Source: a virus. Taken from it: a DNA stretch of 64,000 nucleotides. The position numbers and the translations under genes are program-made. The DNA lies in the IMG/VR virus record IMGVR_UViG_3300012815_000001; one strand, written 5' to 3'. Shown here in pieces: positions 45,214 to 55,350 of this stretch. The notes below the pieces were generated by a model that was not told the origin of the DNA, made no database searches, and worked only from the letters and a program-made list of their open reading frames with translations. Position 1 is the stretch's first letter. Each line of letters opens with the position of its first letter.

Positions 45214-45451
45214 CGCTGGCCCCTCCTGCCTTGTCCACTTTCACAAGCCGCTGCTCCAGCGCCTTGTCCGGCTCACCAGGGATAACGATCACCTCCCCGA
45301 CTTTGAACTGGACAGGCTCCAGAATGGTGTAGCGGCCCTTTTTCTTTTCGTCCGGCTCCAGGCAGTGCTGTCGTGCGCTGGCCTGGGCGGCTGTCAGGAT
45401 CAACTCCCCGCCGTAAAGGGTGATGGTCTCTTTAACGCGGTATTTCGGCAT
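45203..45451 (-). CDS. Small phage hypothetical protein after capsid
   Basis: Likely start MPKYRVKET at 45451 with RBS GAGGA. Confidence 0.6.
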   Translation of the reverse strand: MPKYRVKETITLYGGELILTAAQASARQHCLEPDEKKKGRYTILEPVQFKVGEVIVIPGEPDKALEQRLVKVDKAGGASDAE

Positions 45452-45485
45452 ATCAGTGTCCTCGGTGAGGGGCAGGCCGACCGGC

Positions 45486-46433
45486 TTATGCCACCAGCTG
45501 GTTAAGGACGGCGTACTGCCAGCGACCAAAACCGACGTTGCGCCAGGTGTCGACACCGTACTGGTGGGCGTCGTTGTCAAACTCGTACTCCGAGCCTTCC
45601 GCCTTCGCCTTCATGGCAACGTCGGTTTCCTGCTGACGGATGAAGGCTTTCAAACGGCCATCGGTGCGCAGAGTCACGAACTTGTCCTGCCAGGCATTGA
45701 GTCGCACGTTGCCCACCACCCGAACCACGACGTTATCGGGCATGACAATCTCGTTGATGTTGGTGCCGCGCGGAACGCTCAACGCTGACTGAGCAACGCT
45801 CAAAAGGTTGAACGGGACCATCACCAGGAATTCGCGGGCCAGTTCATTAATGGGCTCGCCCTGATCATCCTTGAGACTGGTCAACTGGGTCACAGACAGA
45901 GCAACCGCTTGCTGGAAGGCTTCAACGGTCGGTCGGGTAGGCGTGCCGTGGTCAGTCCCGGGCAAATCAGAAAGCTTGGTGGTGATTTTGTTCGACTGCA
46001 CCCCGCTCTGGCCTTCTTCGTGGTCGGTGTCGAAGAAGTACTGGCCGTCGTAGCAGACCTGGGTTTCGCCATTGAGCAACAGTACCGAGAGCAGTCTGGC
46101 CCAGTGGGCATTCGTGCGGTCGGCCAATTCACCGAGGCGAATCCGCAGCTGCCCGGTTTTGTCTCGGCGCAGCTCCTTGACCAGAACCTCAATGGTTGCT
46201 TCGAAGTGCAGGTTTTCGATTTCGAGTTCAGCGCCGATGAACCCCTTGGCATGACGGCCACCGATCCACTCACGCAACGTCGGCACCATGCCAATCCACG
46301 GGTAGGTTTCTTTTGCCTGGTCAGAATCGAACAGGTTGGACACGGCGTCGATCCAGTTCGACCCCACATTCTGTTCGAGCATTTCGTAAAACATGCCGAT
46401 GACGGCACGGCTGGAAAGTACTTCAGCACCCAT
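45486..46433 (-). CDS. Major capsid protein, Mu gpT-like
   Basis: ETYPWIG..PTLREWIGGR...IENLHFEAT...DKTG...CYDGQYFFDTDH. Confidence 0.9.
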   Translation of the reverse strand: MGAEVLSSRAVIGMFYEMLEQNVGSNWIDAVSNLFDSDQAKETYPWIGMVPTLREWIGGRHAKGFIGAELEIENLHFEATIEVLVKELRRDKTGQLRIRLGELADRTNAHWARLLSVLLLNGETQVCYDGQYFFDTDHEEGQSGVQSNKITTKLSDLPGTDHGTPTRPTVEAFQQAVALSVTQLTSLKDDQGEPINELAREFLVMVPFNLLSVAQSALSVPRGTNINEIVMPDNVVVRVVGNVRLNAWQDKFVTLRTDGRLKAFIRQQETDVAMKAKAEGSEYEFDNDAHQYGVDTWRNVGFGRWQYAVLNQLVA

Positions 46434-46488
46434 GGGTGATTCTCCTGAAGAAGGATACGGTCAAAAAAGGAAGGGTTTGGGTGTTGCG

Positions 46489-46905
46489 TTAAGGCGCGAC
46501 GGGCACTGGCTGGGCGGCGAACTTGACGATGCCGACGCCAGAGCGGACAAAACGGTGAACATGGCCAACCAGGCTATTCCCGGCGGCGGTCAGCAGGAAC
46601 GCGCCGCTGTCGCTGGCGTAGACCTGCTTGCCGATATCGGTAAGCGCCAGGGCAGCTACGGGCAATTCAATCTTGCCTTCTTCGCGAAGACGGACGCGCG
46701 CGGCCGCAGCGGCGCCGGTGCGATTGTCGACGCCGCGATCAGCGAAACCGACAAACAGATCACCAGCCGCCAGAGGGCGCGCCAGGCCACTGGCGGCGAT
46801 GATGCCAACGGCCGAGCCTTCGAAGATCTGCACACCGGCGGCAACGGACAAGTCGTTGATGGTGCCGATCTCGTAGGCGCGGGGGGTATCGAGTGTAAGA
46901 GGCAT
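46489..46905 (-). CDS. Capsid decoration/cement protein (DUF2190-like)
   Basis: Small Gly/Ala-rich protein between protease and capsid. Confidence 0.7.
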   Translation of the reverse strand: MPLTLDTPRAYEIGTINDLSVAAGVQIFEGSAVGIIAASGLARPLAAGDLFVGFADRGVDNRTGAAAAARVRLREEGKIELPVAALALTDIGKQVYASDSGAFLLTAAGNSLVGHVHRFVRSGVGIVKFAAQPVPVAP

Positions 46906-46946
46906 GGGATTCTCCAGAGCCAGGATTTGAGGGACTTATCAGGTGC

Positions 46947-48296
46947 CTACTTTTTCAGAACCTTGACCAAGCCACGGTCGGTGGCCTTGCGATAACCGTG
47001 GTAGGCCTCGAAAGTGCCAAACTCGGCGCGCAGTTCCTTATCGCCGTCCCAGGTCGCTTTGGCGCGCTCTTCCAGGGGCGCCTCCAGATCCTCTTCGGCG
47101 GCAGCTGGTGCAGCCGGTGGCGTGAGTGCGTTGGGTACCGGCGCAGGGGCCTGACTGCGAATGTCGGCAAGAGCAGTGGCGCGCTTGGACTTTTCGGCAC
47201 CAATCACCTGTGCAGCCGCCTCGGCGCCGCTGGTTTTGCCATCGAACTTGAGGCTGGCGATCAGCTCTTCATGCCCGGGCAAAGCGGCCGCCTCGACTGC
47301 CTTGATGCGATCGCACTCGGCGCGAGCGCCAGCTGCATGTGCGTCATGCTCCAGGCTGGCCAGCAATTCCGCGTGATTCGCGGCCAGATATTCACGGGTG
47401 ATGGCCGGCTTGTCGGTGGTTGGAGCTGGTACGGTGCTGCTGTTTGGTGCGGACATGGATCGATCTCCGGAGGGACTGCCGTTGAATTCGGCGATAAGGT
47501 TTTCAAGGGTGGATTCACGGTCGGCCATGCCCAGTTCCACGGCATCCGAGCCAATCCGCATGTCGCCCTGGCCGAAGTCAGCCAGGACGGTTTCAACACT
47601 GAGGCCGCGATAATTAGCGACGTCCTCGACGAAGATGTCGGTCAGGCGGTCGACGTGGGCTTGTGCGACAGCGCGGCCTGATTCGGTACCGAAGTCCGGT
47701 CGTTTTTTCGGGCTTTGGCTGCTGACGATCTCGAAACTGCCGTCGTCTTCGCTTTTACGCACCGTCAACACCGTGCCAATGGAGCCAACGGCGCCGGTAC
47801 GGCTCATGACAATTTCATGTGCCGCTGCCGCCATCCAATAGCCTGCGCTGGCTGCGTTGCCGGATACGTAGGCCACGACCTGCTTGGGAGAAGCACGGAT
47901 CATCTGAGCGAACTCAGCGATACCACTGGCAATGCCGCCCGGTGTATCCATCACCAGGATGATGGTGTCTGTTCGCGGATCATCGACGGCATTGGTGAAC
48001 TCTTTGGCCAGGACATCCAGCGAGGTTGCCCCGGACAGCGCCGTGAACAAGTTGGCGTAGCGGAACACCGGGCCGGTGACGGGCAGCAAGGCAACGTTGC
48101 CACGTTGAGTCACTGCACGGCTGTTCTGCAGGGGCTTGCCTTGCCTGGCTTCCAGGGCCTCGGGCCCTTCATGTTCCCGACGGGCAATGGCGGTGATGGT
48201 CTGGAGCATGTCCGGAGTGATGGCCCAGGGCTCGCGTGAGACCAGGTCGAACGCCGTCACCCGGTGCACGGGTGCATCGGTTGGGTTGTCGCTCAT
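46947..48296 (-). CDS. S49 family head maturation protease with scaffold-like C-terminus
   Basis: IILVMDTPGG...AASAGYWMA...GAVGSIG. Confidence 0.92.
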   Translation of the reverse strand: MSDNPTDAPVHRVTAFDLVSREPWAITPDMLQTITAIARREHEGPEALEARQGKPLQNSRAVTQRGNVALLPVTGPVFRYANLFTALSGATSLDVLAKEFTNAVDDPRTDTIILVMDTPGGIASGIAEFAQMIRASPKQVVAYVSGNAASAGYWMAAAAHEIVMSRTGAVGSIGTVLTVRKSEDDGSFEIVSSQSPKKRPDFGTESGRAVAQAHVDRLTDIFVEDVANYRGLSVETVLADFGQGDMRIGSDAVELGMADRESTLENLIAEFNGSPSGDRSMSAPNSSTVPAPTTDKPAITREYLAANHAELLASLEHDAHAAGARAECDRIKAVEAAALPGHEELIASLKFDGKTSGAEAAAQVIGAEKSKRATALADIRSQAPAPVPNALTPPAAPAAAEEDLEAPLEERAKATWDGDKELRAEFGTFEAYHGYRKATDRGLVKVLKK

Positions 48297-48298
48297 AG

Positions 48299-49909
48299 TT
48301 AGGTCCGTTCAGGTAGGTCGGGATTGGCCGGCGGCTCATTGTCCGGGCGGGCCGTCGGCGAAGCTGAAAGCCCGTCATCGCGCCGACGCTTCACTTCCAG
48401 GGCGCGCTGTTCGTGGTTTTCCTCCCAGTCACTGCCGTCGTAGAGCATGGATTCCTTCGCCAACGTGCTGACGCCGATATCGATCCGCTTCTCGGCGGCG
48501 TTGATATCCTTCAGCGGGTCTACGGTGCCAGGACCATCGCCTACCCACAGCGAACCGCAGTAGGCATAGCGCAGTAGCGGGTGATCGAAAAACCCGGGGG
48601 CCTCGATATCACCCTGCGCAATGGCCTCTTCAAGCCAATGCTCGTACACCGGCTGGCAGAAGTGTGAGCCCAGGAAGTCGCGGCAACCGCGAACGAATTG
48701 CCACGCCTCCATGACTGCCGCACGCGCGGCGGTGTAGCTGGCCGTGAAGTGCTTGATCAGCACCTCATAGGGCAATTCCAGGGCCATGCCGATCTGGCGC
48801 AGCATCGCCAACACGAACGGGTCAAACGCCATGTTCGGCCGACCTGGTGCCGCAGTATCAATTGACGCGCCGTCGTCCAGCTCGGCGACAATGCCGCCGC
48901 TGAGCGAACCGTCCCAGCCACCCTGCTCCCGTCCTGCTGGCCGGTCGCCGCCGACGGGCGTGTTGCCGGTAGCAGCAGATGCCAGTGGGCTTAGGCTCCC
49001 GCCTGTCCCCGGCTTGATGAACACAGCGAAGAACGCCGACACCACCGCAGCTTCCAACTCGGCATCGGTGTAGCGGTCCAATTGCTTGAGCTTTTCGATC
49101 ACCGGCGCCAGGTACGGCACACCGCGTGGCTGACCCACTCGCCGGCGGCGGTACACGTGCAACAGCACCCGACCGCCGCGCTCGTTGAAGAACGGACGCT
49201 CATCCCATTCCCGTTCTTTAACACCCAGCGCACCAGGGTGGCTGCGCAGGATGTGAGCCTTGATCGGAGCGCCGTCGGCGTCACGTTCGATACCAGCGGT
49301 GAGGATTTCCGTATCGGCTCTGCCCGACGGGTTGCAGATTCGGTCGGCTTCAATGAGCTGGATACACGCCGAGTAGTGATGACCAGGGCGCTCCTTGTGG
49401 GTCAACAGCGGAAACACATCACCGCTACTCAGCACCGAACGCCACGTCAGATCCTGCAAACCATAGAAGTTTTGCTCGCGGGTAATGTCGCAGCAGGTCG
49501 TTTCCGCCCAGGACTTGAACAACGATTCAGTCTTGCGCTGCCAATCCCGGGCCTGATCTTCATCCCAGCCAAGGATCTGCCGGTTCACCACGGACTTGAG
49601 CGCCAAGCCAGTACCGACCGTTTTAGTCGTCACCGTGTTGATCGCGCCGCCACCGATGGGGTTGTTGCGCTCAAGGTCACGGCATCGCTCGCGAAGCGTG
49701 GGCAAGTCGGGTAGCAAGTCAGCAGCTGCACTGCCGGCGGCTGGGTTCCAAGCACTCAACGAGCGCTTGGCCTTCGACGCGCCGCTGTAACCGCCCAGCG
49801 CGGTCATGGTGAGCCGGGCATGCATGCGCTTGGCGCCGCGTTCAGGGCTCAACCAGGTGATGGCCTTGTCGAGCAGTGTGGGTTCTGGGGCTTTCGGTGC
49901 GCGGCTCAT
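48299..49909 (-). CDS. Portal protein (lambda gpB family)
   Basis: LRERCRDLERNNP...QPRGVPYLAPV...VDPLKDINA. Confidence 0.95.
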   Translation of the reverse strand: MSRAPKAPEPTLLDKAITWLSPERGAKRMHARLTMTALGGYSGASKAKRSLSAWNPAAGSAAADLLPDLPTLRERCRDLERNNPIGGGAINTVTTKTVGTGLALKSVVNRQILGWDEDQARDWQRKTESLFKSWAETTCCDITREQNFYGLQDLTWRSVLSSGDVFPLLTHKERPGHHYSACIQLIEADRICNPSGRADTEILTAGIERDADGAPIKAHILRSHPGALGVKEREWDERPFFNERGGRVLLHVYRRRRVGQPRGVPYLAPVIEKLKQLDRYTDAELEAAVVSAFFAVFIKPGTGGSLSPLASAATGNTPVGGDRPAGREQGGWDGSLSGGIVAELDDGASIDTAAPGRPNMAFDPFVLAMLRQIGMALELPYEVLIKHFTASYTAARAAVMEAWQFVRGCRDFLGSHFCQPVYEHWLEEAIAQGDIEAPGFFDHPLLRYAYCGSLWVGDGPGTVDPLKDINAAEKRIDIGVSTLAKESMLYDGSDWEENHEQRALEVKRRRDDGLSASPTARPDNEPPANPDLPERT

Positions 49910-50127
49910 CGCGGCGTGATCCCACGCAGGACAATCCCCCGTGGCCGGCCGCTTTCCAGGCCATCAACTTGCTTCTGCCAGTAGTCGATCGTTTTGGTGA
50001 TCTCGGCAAGGTCAGCGTACTCCAGCTGTCGGGTGCCGATCCGGTAGCTTTGCTTCTGGCTGACCTTCATGCTCGCATCGAGCCAGGCTTGGAGCTGGCC
50101 CTGTGCTTGTTCCAGTGTGATAGCCAT
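49906..50127 (-). CDS. Head completion protein (gpW-like)
   Basis: QSYRIGTRQLEYADL; between terminase and portal. Confidence 0.85.
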   Translation of the reverse strand: MAITLEQAQGQLQAWLDASMKVSQKQSYRIGTRQLEYADLAEITKTIDYWQKQVDGLESGRPRGIVLRGITPR

Positions 50128-50129
50128 GA

Positions 50130-52253
50130 TTAATTCCTACGTTGGGAGAGCACGCGCATTGCACTGCGGCGCCCAGAAACAACTCTCCCGCCAGCAGGCG
50201 GGAGATCGGGTGGTTCAACTGGTGGTGATGGTTCAGGGGGCGCCCCTTCGATATCGGGCTCCGTCTCTGCCTTAACCGGATCGGGCTGATCGAACAACCC
50301 ACCCTGTCGGATCTGCGCATCGAGTGCCGCCCAATCCTGCTCCTGCAGTAGGTGCGTTTTCAGAGAGCGGGCCGCGTGCAAGGCATACGTTTCACAGTCC
50401 GTGCCTTCGTTCGGCTCACCAGCCTTTTTCTGCCACACCTTGCGGTAGTGATGCCGACGACTGGGCGCCTTCACTTCGGCGGTGATCTGCCGGAAGTAAT
50501 CCGGACGCACCGTCTTGTAAAAGTGCATGCGGCCAGGACCATCACCGGTCAACGGCAGCCGACCCTCGATCCACAGATCCTTGGCCCGAGACGTGCCGAC
50601 GATGTAAGGGCGCAGGCCGTACTTCGAGGCCTTTTGCTCTTTGTCGGTATCGACGCCCTGCCGAGGCGCGCTGAAGATTTCCCTGCGCTCGTCGTCGCGG
50701 GTGTTGCCGCGTTCGCTCGCGCCCTTGATCGCCATCACGCCGTTACGTTGGTGTTTGCGGCAGAACGCATAAGCCGCGTCCTGGGTGATCGTGCCGTCGG
50801 AGGTGTCGAGTGACGTAGCCAACACCTTCAGCTTGGCGCCGCAGGCGTGTGGAATTGCCGCAAACAGCAGCTTTTCCAGATCCAACCAGACGCCCTGGTC
50901 AGGCAACACCACCTCACCGTAGATCTCACCCCAGTAAAGCAACCAAGATTCCTCACCTCGCCCCCAGGCACGCATCACCACCGCCAAGCGGTCGTGCTGC
51001 ACATCGACGCCAGCGGTGATAACGATCCCGCCCATGGGTACGTACAACTCTGGGTAGTCCTCTGCGCGTTCAGCCAGCTTGTCAGCTTCGGGCAGATCGG
51101 ATTTGTACTCGTAGGCACGGCCTTGTTTCTGGTTGACGAACTTGATCAGCAGCGACAGGTTACCCATGGACGCCTGATGTTCGGCGTTGAGCTTCTCGCG
51201 CACGATGTCGGCCAAGCTGGTACCGGGCAAACAGGCATACAGCTCATTCAGCTCAATGAACCCGGCGCGCCCGGCGAAGGGTTTGGTCGGAACCCAACCG
51301 CAGTATGGGTCGCCGGCTTCTACCGCATTGAACACCGTGTTGCGGATATTCTCTTTGCGCTGGTAGTCGTCCCAGATCTCGCCACAATGCGGGCAACCGT
51401 AGCCGGCAGTGTCAGGATCCGCGCGACCGTAGATCTCATGAGGCGTCGCTTCCTCCTCGATGTCGAGCCACTTGATGTGTGCGAAGTCCAGGACGTGCGC
51501 CTGACCGCACGAATGGCAGATGACCGGCAACACCCGGCAATCGGTCTGGGCCAAGCGTGCCTCGGTCTTGCTCGCGCCCTTGATCGCCGGTGTCCCGCCT
51601 ACCAGCATTTTGGAACCGGGATAGCGCTTGCCGCGCTCTTCCAGCAGCGCGATGGCATCGCCCTGCCCCTTCACGTCGTCGCTGGTATCGTCCGGTTCCT
51701 CTACCACTGACAAGCCTACAGAAGACGTGGATTTGACATTGCCCGGCGAGTTGGACGCGACCAGCTTGAGGAACCCGCCCGGGAAGGTCTTATGGTCCCA
51801 GCGGTTGCCGGAGGTGCGGCTGACATCCACCGGCATGAGCTTCGCCACCTCAGTGTTCGCGTTGACGCCGAACTTGAGCTTTTCGTCGTGGAAGTTCTTG
51901 CCGTCCTTTTCCTTGGCAAACAGGATCATGATCGGACGCGGCAGGTTATGGATGAACTTGAACAGGTAGCCGATCAGGAACCACGTCCAGCCGATCTGCG
52001 CCGCTTTCATCAGGTCAACTTCGCTCACCCGAGGGTCGTCCAGGGCAGCGGCGACGCCGAGAAAGTAAGGCGTGTATTGGAAGTCGTAGAGCCCGTGCAG
52101 CACACCGCTCTCAGCGGGCAGGTAAAACTCGGTGCTCATGTAATGCGCGGTCGGAATGTCACGGGGCGGGTTGAACTTCCCCGCTGCTGCCAACAAGCTC
52201 CGCGCCAAGTTTTCGCGCGTAGCCTGCAATTCGCTCGGTTGTAGGTCCAGCAA
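50130..52253 (-). CDS. Terminase large subunit (lambda gpA family)
   Basis: MKAAQIGWT Walker A region, VVEEPD Walker B, GVDVQHDR nuclease motif, NEGTDCETYA. Confidence 0.95.
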   Translation of the reverse strand: MLDLQPSELQATRENLARSLLAAAGKFNPPRDIPTAHYMSTEFYLPAESGVLHGLYDFQYTPYFLGVAAALDDPRVSEVDLMKAAQIGWTWFLIGYLFKFIHNLPRPIMILFAKEKDGKNFHDEKLKFGVNANTEVAKLMPVDVSRTSGNRWDHKTFPGGFLKLVASNSPGNVKSTSSVGLSVVEEPDDTSDDVKGQGDAIALLEERGKRYPGSKMLVGGTPAIKGASKTEARLAQTDCRVLPVICHSCGQAHVLDFAHIKWLDIEEEATPHEIYGRADPDTAGYGCPHCGEIWDDYQRKENIRNTVFNAVEAGDPYCGWVPTKPFAGRAGFIELNELYACLPGTSLADIVREKLNAEHQASMGNLSLLIKFVNQKQGRAYEYKSDLPEADKLAERAEDYPELYVPMGGIVITAGVDVQHDRLAVVMRAWGRGEESWLLYWGEIYGEVVLPDQGVWLDLEKLLFAAIPHACGAKLKVLATSLDTSDGTITQDAAYAFCRKHQRNGVMAIKGASERGNTRDDERREIFSAPRQGVDTDKEQKASKYGLRPYIVGTSRAKDLWIEGRLPLTGDGPGRMHFYKTVRPDYFRQITAEVKAPSRRHHYRKVWQKKAGEPNEGTDCETYALHAARSLKTHLLQEQDWAALDAQIRQGGLFDQPDPVKAETEPDIEGAPPEPSPPVEPPDLPPAGGRVVSGRRSAMRVLSQRRN

Positions 52254-52653
52254 CTTTGGCCACCACTGTTCGATCTACCGTGAGTTTCTGCACGTTCTCG
52301 ATTTCCTGAATGATTCGTTCAAGCCCGCCCAGGTATTCCCGGTTTGCGAAGCTGGCCCAGTCGGACATCGCCCGCTCAGCCTCACCAGCCGGAATCAGCG
52401 ATCCGAGTTTCTCGTGATATGCCAACCGTCCGTTTGCTGACTTCTGCTGCAGGTCTTCGATCCGCGCTCTGTTGAGCTGTTCAAGCTGGCTGCCCCCGCG
52501 CCCAGCGGCTTTTCCGCGCAGGTCGCGGATGTAAGCCGTCCGGATCTCATCCAAGCTTGCGGTCTGCCAGTCCAGGTCTAACGCCTTGAGCACGTCGCGG
52601 GCATTTCGCTCGCTCATGTCCAGGTGATCAGCGACTTCACGTTGGGTTGGCAT
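52159..52653 (-). CDS. Terminase small subunit (Nu1-like)
   Basis: N-terminal HTH TQREVADHLDMSER; overlaps the large subunit. Confidence 0.85.
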   Translation of the reverse strand: MPTQREVADHLDMSERNARDVLKALDLDWQTASLDEIRTAYIRDLRGKAAGRGGSQLEQLNRARIEDLQQKSANGRLAYHEKLGSLIPAGEAERAMSDWASFANREYLGGLERIIQEIENVQKLTVDRTVVAKVAGPTTERIAGYARKLGAELVGSSGEVQPAP

Positions 52654-52717
52654 GGTCTGGTCCTATTGCGGACATGGAAGCGGAACCCCCTATGTCAGGT
52701 TGAATCTGTGAAAAAGT

Positions 52718-52761
52718 CGGGGTTCGAATTACCCCGTTGGCCCCGGTGCCCGGAAGGACCC
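52718..52761 (-). other. Candidate cos site (cosQ-like GGGTCCT plus dyad-symmetric cosN-like site)
   Basis: Minus strand GGGTCCT (52755-52761) then CGGGGT-AATTCGA-ACCCCG (52718-52736), just upstream of the small terminase. Confidence 0.6.
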
Positions 52762-52860
52762 ATTGATTTCGGGGCACACATGCCCCTGTCAAGCCTAAAA
52801 CCTGCCAAATCATTGAAATATCGCCACTTTTTGAGAAAAAAGCACCAAGCCGACAGGAGG

Positions 52861-53601
52861 TCAGCTCCTTTCCATCTCCCGAGCCAGGGCACGCCGGAAC
52901 AGCGGTTCGAACTCGGCCTGGGCCACGCGATTGGCGACCCCGTAGAAGTCAAAGCGCCGTCGATACGTCGGGCGCTTTACGAAGATCAGGATGGGCCTGG
53001 CACCACTGCCGACCCGCTGCCAAATGCCACGAGGGCCGGTGCCGTTACCAGGCCGACCCACGAAGTAGTCAGGTGCATTTCGGTTGCGCCGCTGGCTTCG
53101 TTTCGTGCGGTTAGCCATGAAGCCCGACACCCGCTCTGCTGCACCGAGGGCGGATAGGATCTGCACGATCTGGCCGCGACTGATGTTCCCGTTGCCATCC
53201 ATTCGGGCGCGCCGACCTGGTACTGCGTACATGTCCGCTGGCATCAAGCCGTAATGGATCAACGCCTTCTCGAAGCGCTTGTGCGGGCGGTTGCCACCGT
53301 CCATGTGTACCGGCAAATACTTGGATGCGGGAACACCTGAGCTGGCTTCGTCCTTGACCCACACCCGGGCGTACAGCCGGGTGACCGTGGCGCTGCGCTT
53401 GAAGATAGAGTTCAACGTCCAACGTGTGGGGCGATCAAACACCCGGGCCAGCTCGGCTTTCTCGGCAGCCTGGACGCGCTCCGCCGTGAAGGTCAGCGCC
53501 TTGGCTGCTGCCGTTGGCACCTTGGACCGGCTGATGCCGCGCATCTCTTTGACGATCTGATCGATATTGTCACGCATCTCAAGCCGCATCATGAACATCA
53601 C
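52861..53601 (-). CDS. Conserved phage protein (gpZ-like / morphogenesis-associated)
   Basis: AAAKALTFTA...FDRPTRWTLNS...RPHKRFE; Arg-rich. Confidence 0.7.
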   Translation of the reverse strand: MMFMMRLEMRDNIDQIVKEMRGISRSKVPTAAAKALTFTAERVQAAEKAELARVFDRPTRWTLNSIFKRSATVTRLYARVWVKDEASSGVPASKYLPVHMDGGNRPHKRFEKALIHYGLMPADMYAVPGRRARMDGNGNISRGQIVQILSALGAAERVSGFMANRTKRSQRRNRNAPDYFVGRPGNGTGPRGIWQRVGSGARPILIFVKRPTYRRRFDFYGVANRVAQAEFEPLFRRALAREMERS

Positions 53602-53616
53602 CTCCGGCCATCATAT

Positions 53617-53907
53617 TCAACCGACTCGCCAAACACGGGCCAGATTGCCCGAACTCTGGCACACCGACCCAACAAACACCGCCAGCAGCACCACCAGCGG
53701 CCACGAGTTGCGCGGCATGATCAACTGGCCTTTGCCGATGTAAACAATCACTGCACCGGACGCCACCATCACCATCCAGGCAAGGCAGCTCATGTCGCGG
53801 CGAAAGCGCGCCCCACGGCGTCGGAAGGTGAACAAGCGAACGAACAACGCCATGCACAACCAGAACGTGGCCTGAGTCAGCACTGCCTGAATCACGTGAC
53901 TATCCAT
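53617..53907 (-). CDS. Putative 3-TM holin
   Basis: 96 aa from ATG 53907; three hydrophobic segments; RLFTFRRRGARFR...GNLAR. Confidence 0.75.
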   Translation of the reverse strand: MDSHVIQAVLTQATFWLCMALFVRLFTFRRRGARFRRDMSCLAWMVMVASGAVIVYIGKGQLIMPRNSWPLVVLLAVFVGSVCQSSGNLARVWRVG

Positions 53908-54265
53908 CCTGCCTCCCTTGCGGCTCGGCATCGAGACCGCGTCGCTTGATGATGGCGAGTGCAACCGTGACAACCAGTACCGACGCACCGAACGCAGCCG
54001 GGCCGGAGTGCTTGAACGGTCGAATGCCCCACAACTCCAACTCGCCAAGGCTCGGGGCAAACAGATAGCCCATGACAAAGGACACGAGCAAGAACACCAC
54101 TCGCTTCCACACCGGCAACTCTTCGGTGGTGGTGAAGAACACCAGGGCACCAGCAAGCGCGCCGATCACAGCAAGCGCATCAATTCCGGTGAACAACCCC
54201 GTTACAGCAGCACCGGCTCCACCGGCCACGACAACTGTTGCAGCCGTGCTTGCTGGCTCGCCCAT
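53900..54265 (-). CDS. Putative holin
   Basis: MGEPAS...GIDALAVIGALAGALVF; several TM segments; first late gene. Confidence 0.75.
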   Translation of the reverse strand: MGEPASTAATVVVAGGAGAAVTGLFTGIDALAVIGALAGALVFFTTTEELPVWKRVVFLLVSFVMGYLFAPSLGELELWGIRPFKHSGPAAFGASVLVVTVALAIIKRRGLDAEPQGRQDG

Positions 54266-54300
54266 GCTGATACTCCATTGCAGACACCCATCGGGCAGAA

Positions 54301-54327
54301 AATAAAAACCCCGCACAAGGCGGGGTT
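54301..54327 (-). terminator. Terminator in the late leader (tR'-like)
   Basis: AACCCCGC-cttgt-GCGGGGTT-TTTATT on the minus strand upstream of the holin. Confidence 0.75.
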
Positions 54328-54524
54328 GAGGAACCGGTCTAGGGGAACCGGGTGAAGCTGCACAGCACGTGCGAGGTTAGCGCCAAGGCGCAAATTCCAT
54401 ATCGTGGGGACTTTTTACCCCTCTCCGGAAAAACCGAAAAGAGGTGTTTTTCGGTTGATCGGCTCGACGCACCTTTGACTCACTTCGACGCAACTTTGAG
54501 GTAAAACGTCCAGACGAACGGCAG

Positions 54525-55013
54525 TCAGCAAGATCTGACGCGGGCCACGCTAGACGCACGTGTTAAATCGGTGACCGGGGATTTCACGCGCTTGTTCCGT
54601 GCACGACCTGGCGCACTGCGTACGGTCAAGATCAACTGCACCTGCTGATGCAACGCGTGGACCCAGTTCCTGTACGTCCGATCCGCGTCATCACCCAGGC
54701 CCAGCAGCGGCAATTGAGATCGAACCGACCATGCTGGTCGGGGCAGATAACGGTTACGCGCCAGCTTCGCGAGCAACGCACCTTTCTCGGATTGCCTCTC
54801 CAGTTGTGCAAGGGCCGCAGCGACCTCCATGGCGGCATGATCCATCCCTCCACCAGAAGCCATCATTAAGTCACGCGAGCCTGGGGTACCGCGGGGGGCA
54901 GAGCCTCCCCACTCTATGATCGTCGCCATTGGGCTACCCAACCCGCCACCGTCACCTACCTGGTTGAACTGGTTGCCCCAATGCTGCATGAGTTCTTCAA
55001 TTTCTTCGATCAT
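54525..55013 (-). CDS. Putative late-gene regulator (Q-like position)
   Basis: MIEEIEELMQHWG...RTYRNWVHALH; between replication and lysis modules. Confidence 0.6.
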   Translation of the reverse strand: MIEEIEELMQHWGNQFNQVGDGGGLGSPMATIIEWGGSAPRGTPGSRDLMMASGGGMDHAAMEVAAALAQLERQSEKGALLAKLARNRYLPRPAWSVRSQLPLLGLGDDADRTYRNWVHALHQQVQLILTVRSAPGRARNKRVKSPVTDLTRASSVARVRSC

Positions 55014-55040
55014 CGCCCCGCTCCCCCGCTCAAAATCAAA

Positions 55041-55336
55041 CCCAACACAAAAATCACCCAACCCAACACAAACCCAACACACCTAAAACCCTTTAAATTC
55101 AATAGCTTTAAAGAATGTGTGTTGAGTGTGTTGGGTGTGTTGGGTTTTACGGGCCTCGCATGAGAAAAAAAGATGAGCGCCATAAGTTCTCTGATTGAAA
55201 AAAATGACGCACATGCGCGTGCGCGACGCCAAACCCAACACACCCAACACAACAGGCGGAGAGCCGCGAAATAGAAGGCTAGAAATTGTGTGGGGTTGCG
55301 AAAACTAACCCAACACATACCCAACACACCCAACAC
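55041..55336. repeat. Iteron array CCCAACAC, probable replication origin
   Basis: Eight forward copies (55041, 55062, 55073, 55234, 55243, 55309, 55320, 55329) and two reverse (55128, 55137) around an AT-rich stretch, just after the primase-helicase. Confidence 0.85.
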
Positions 55337-55350
55337 ACTTTTGGTCGGAT

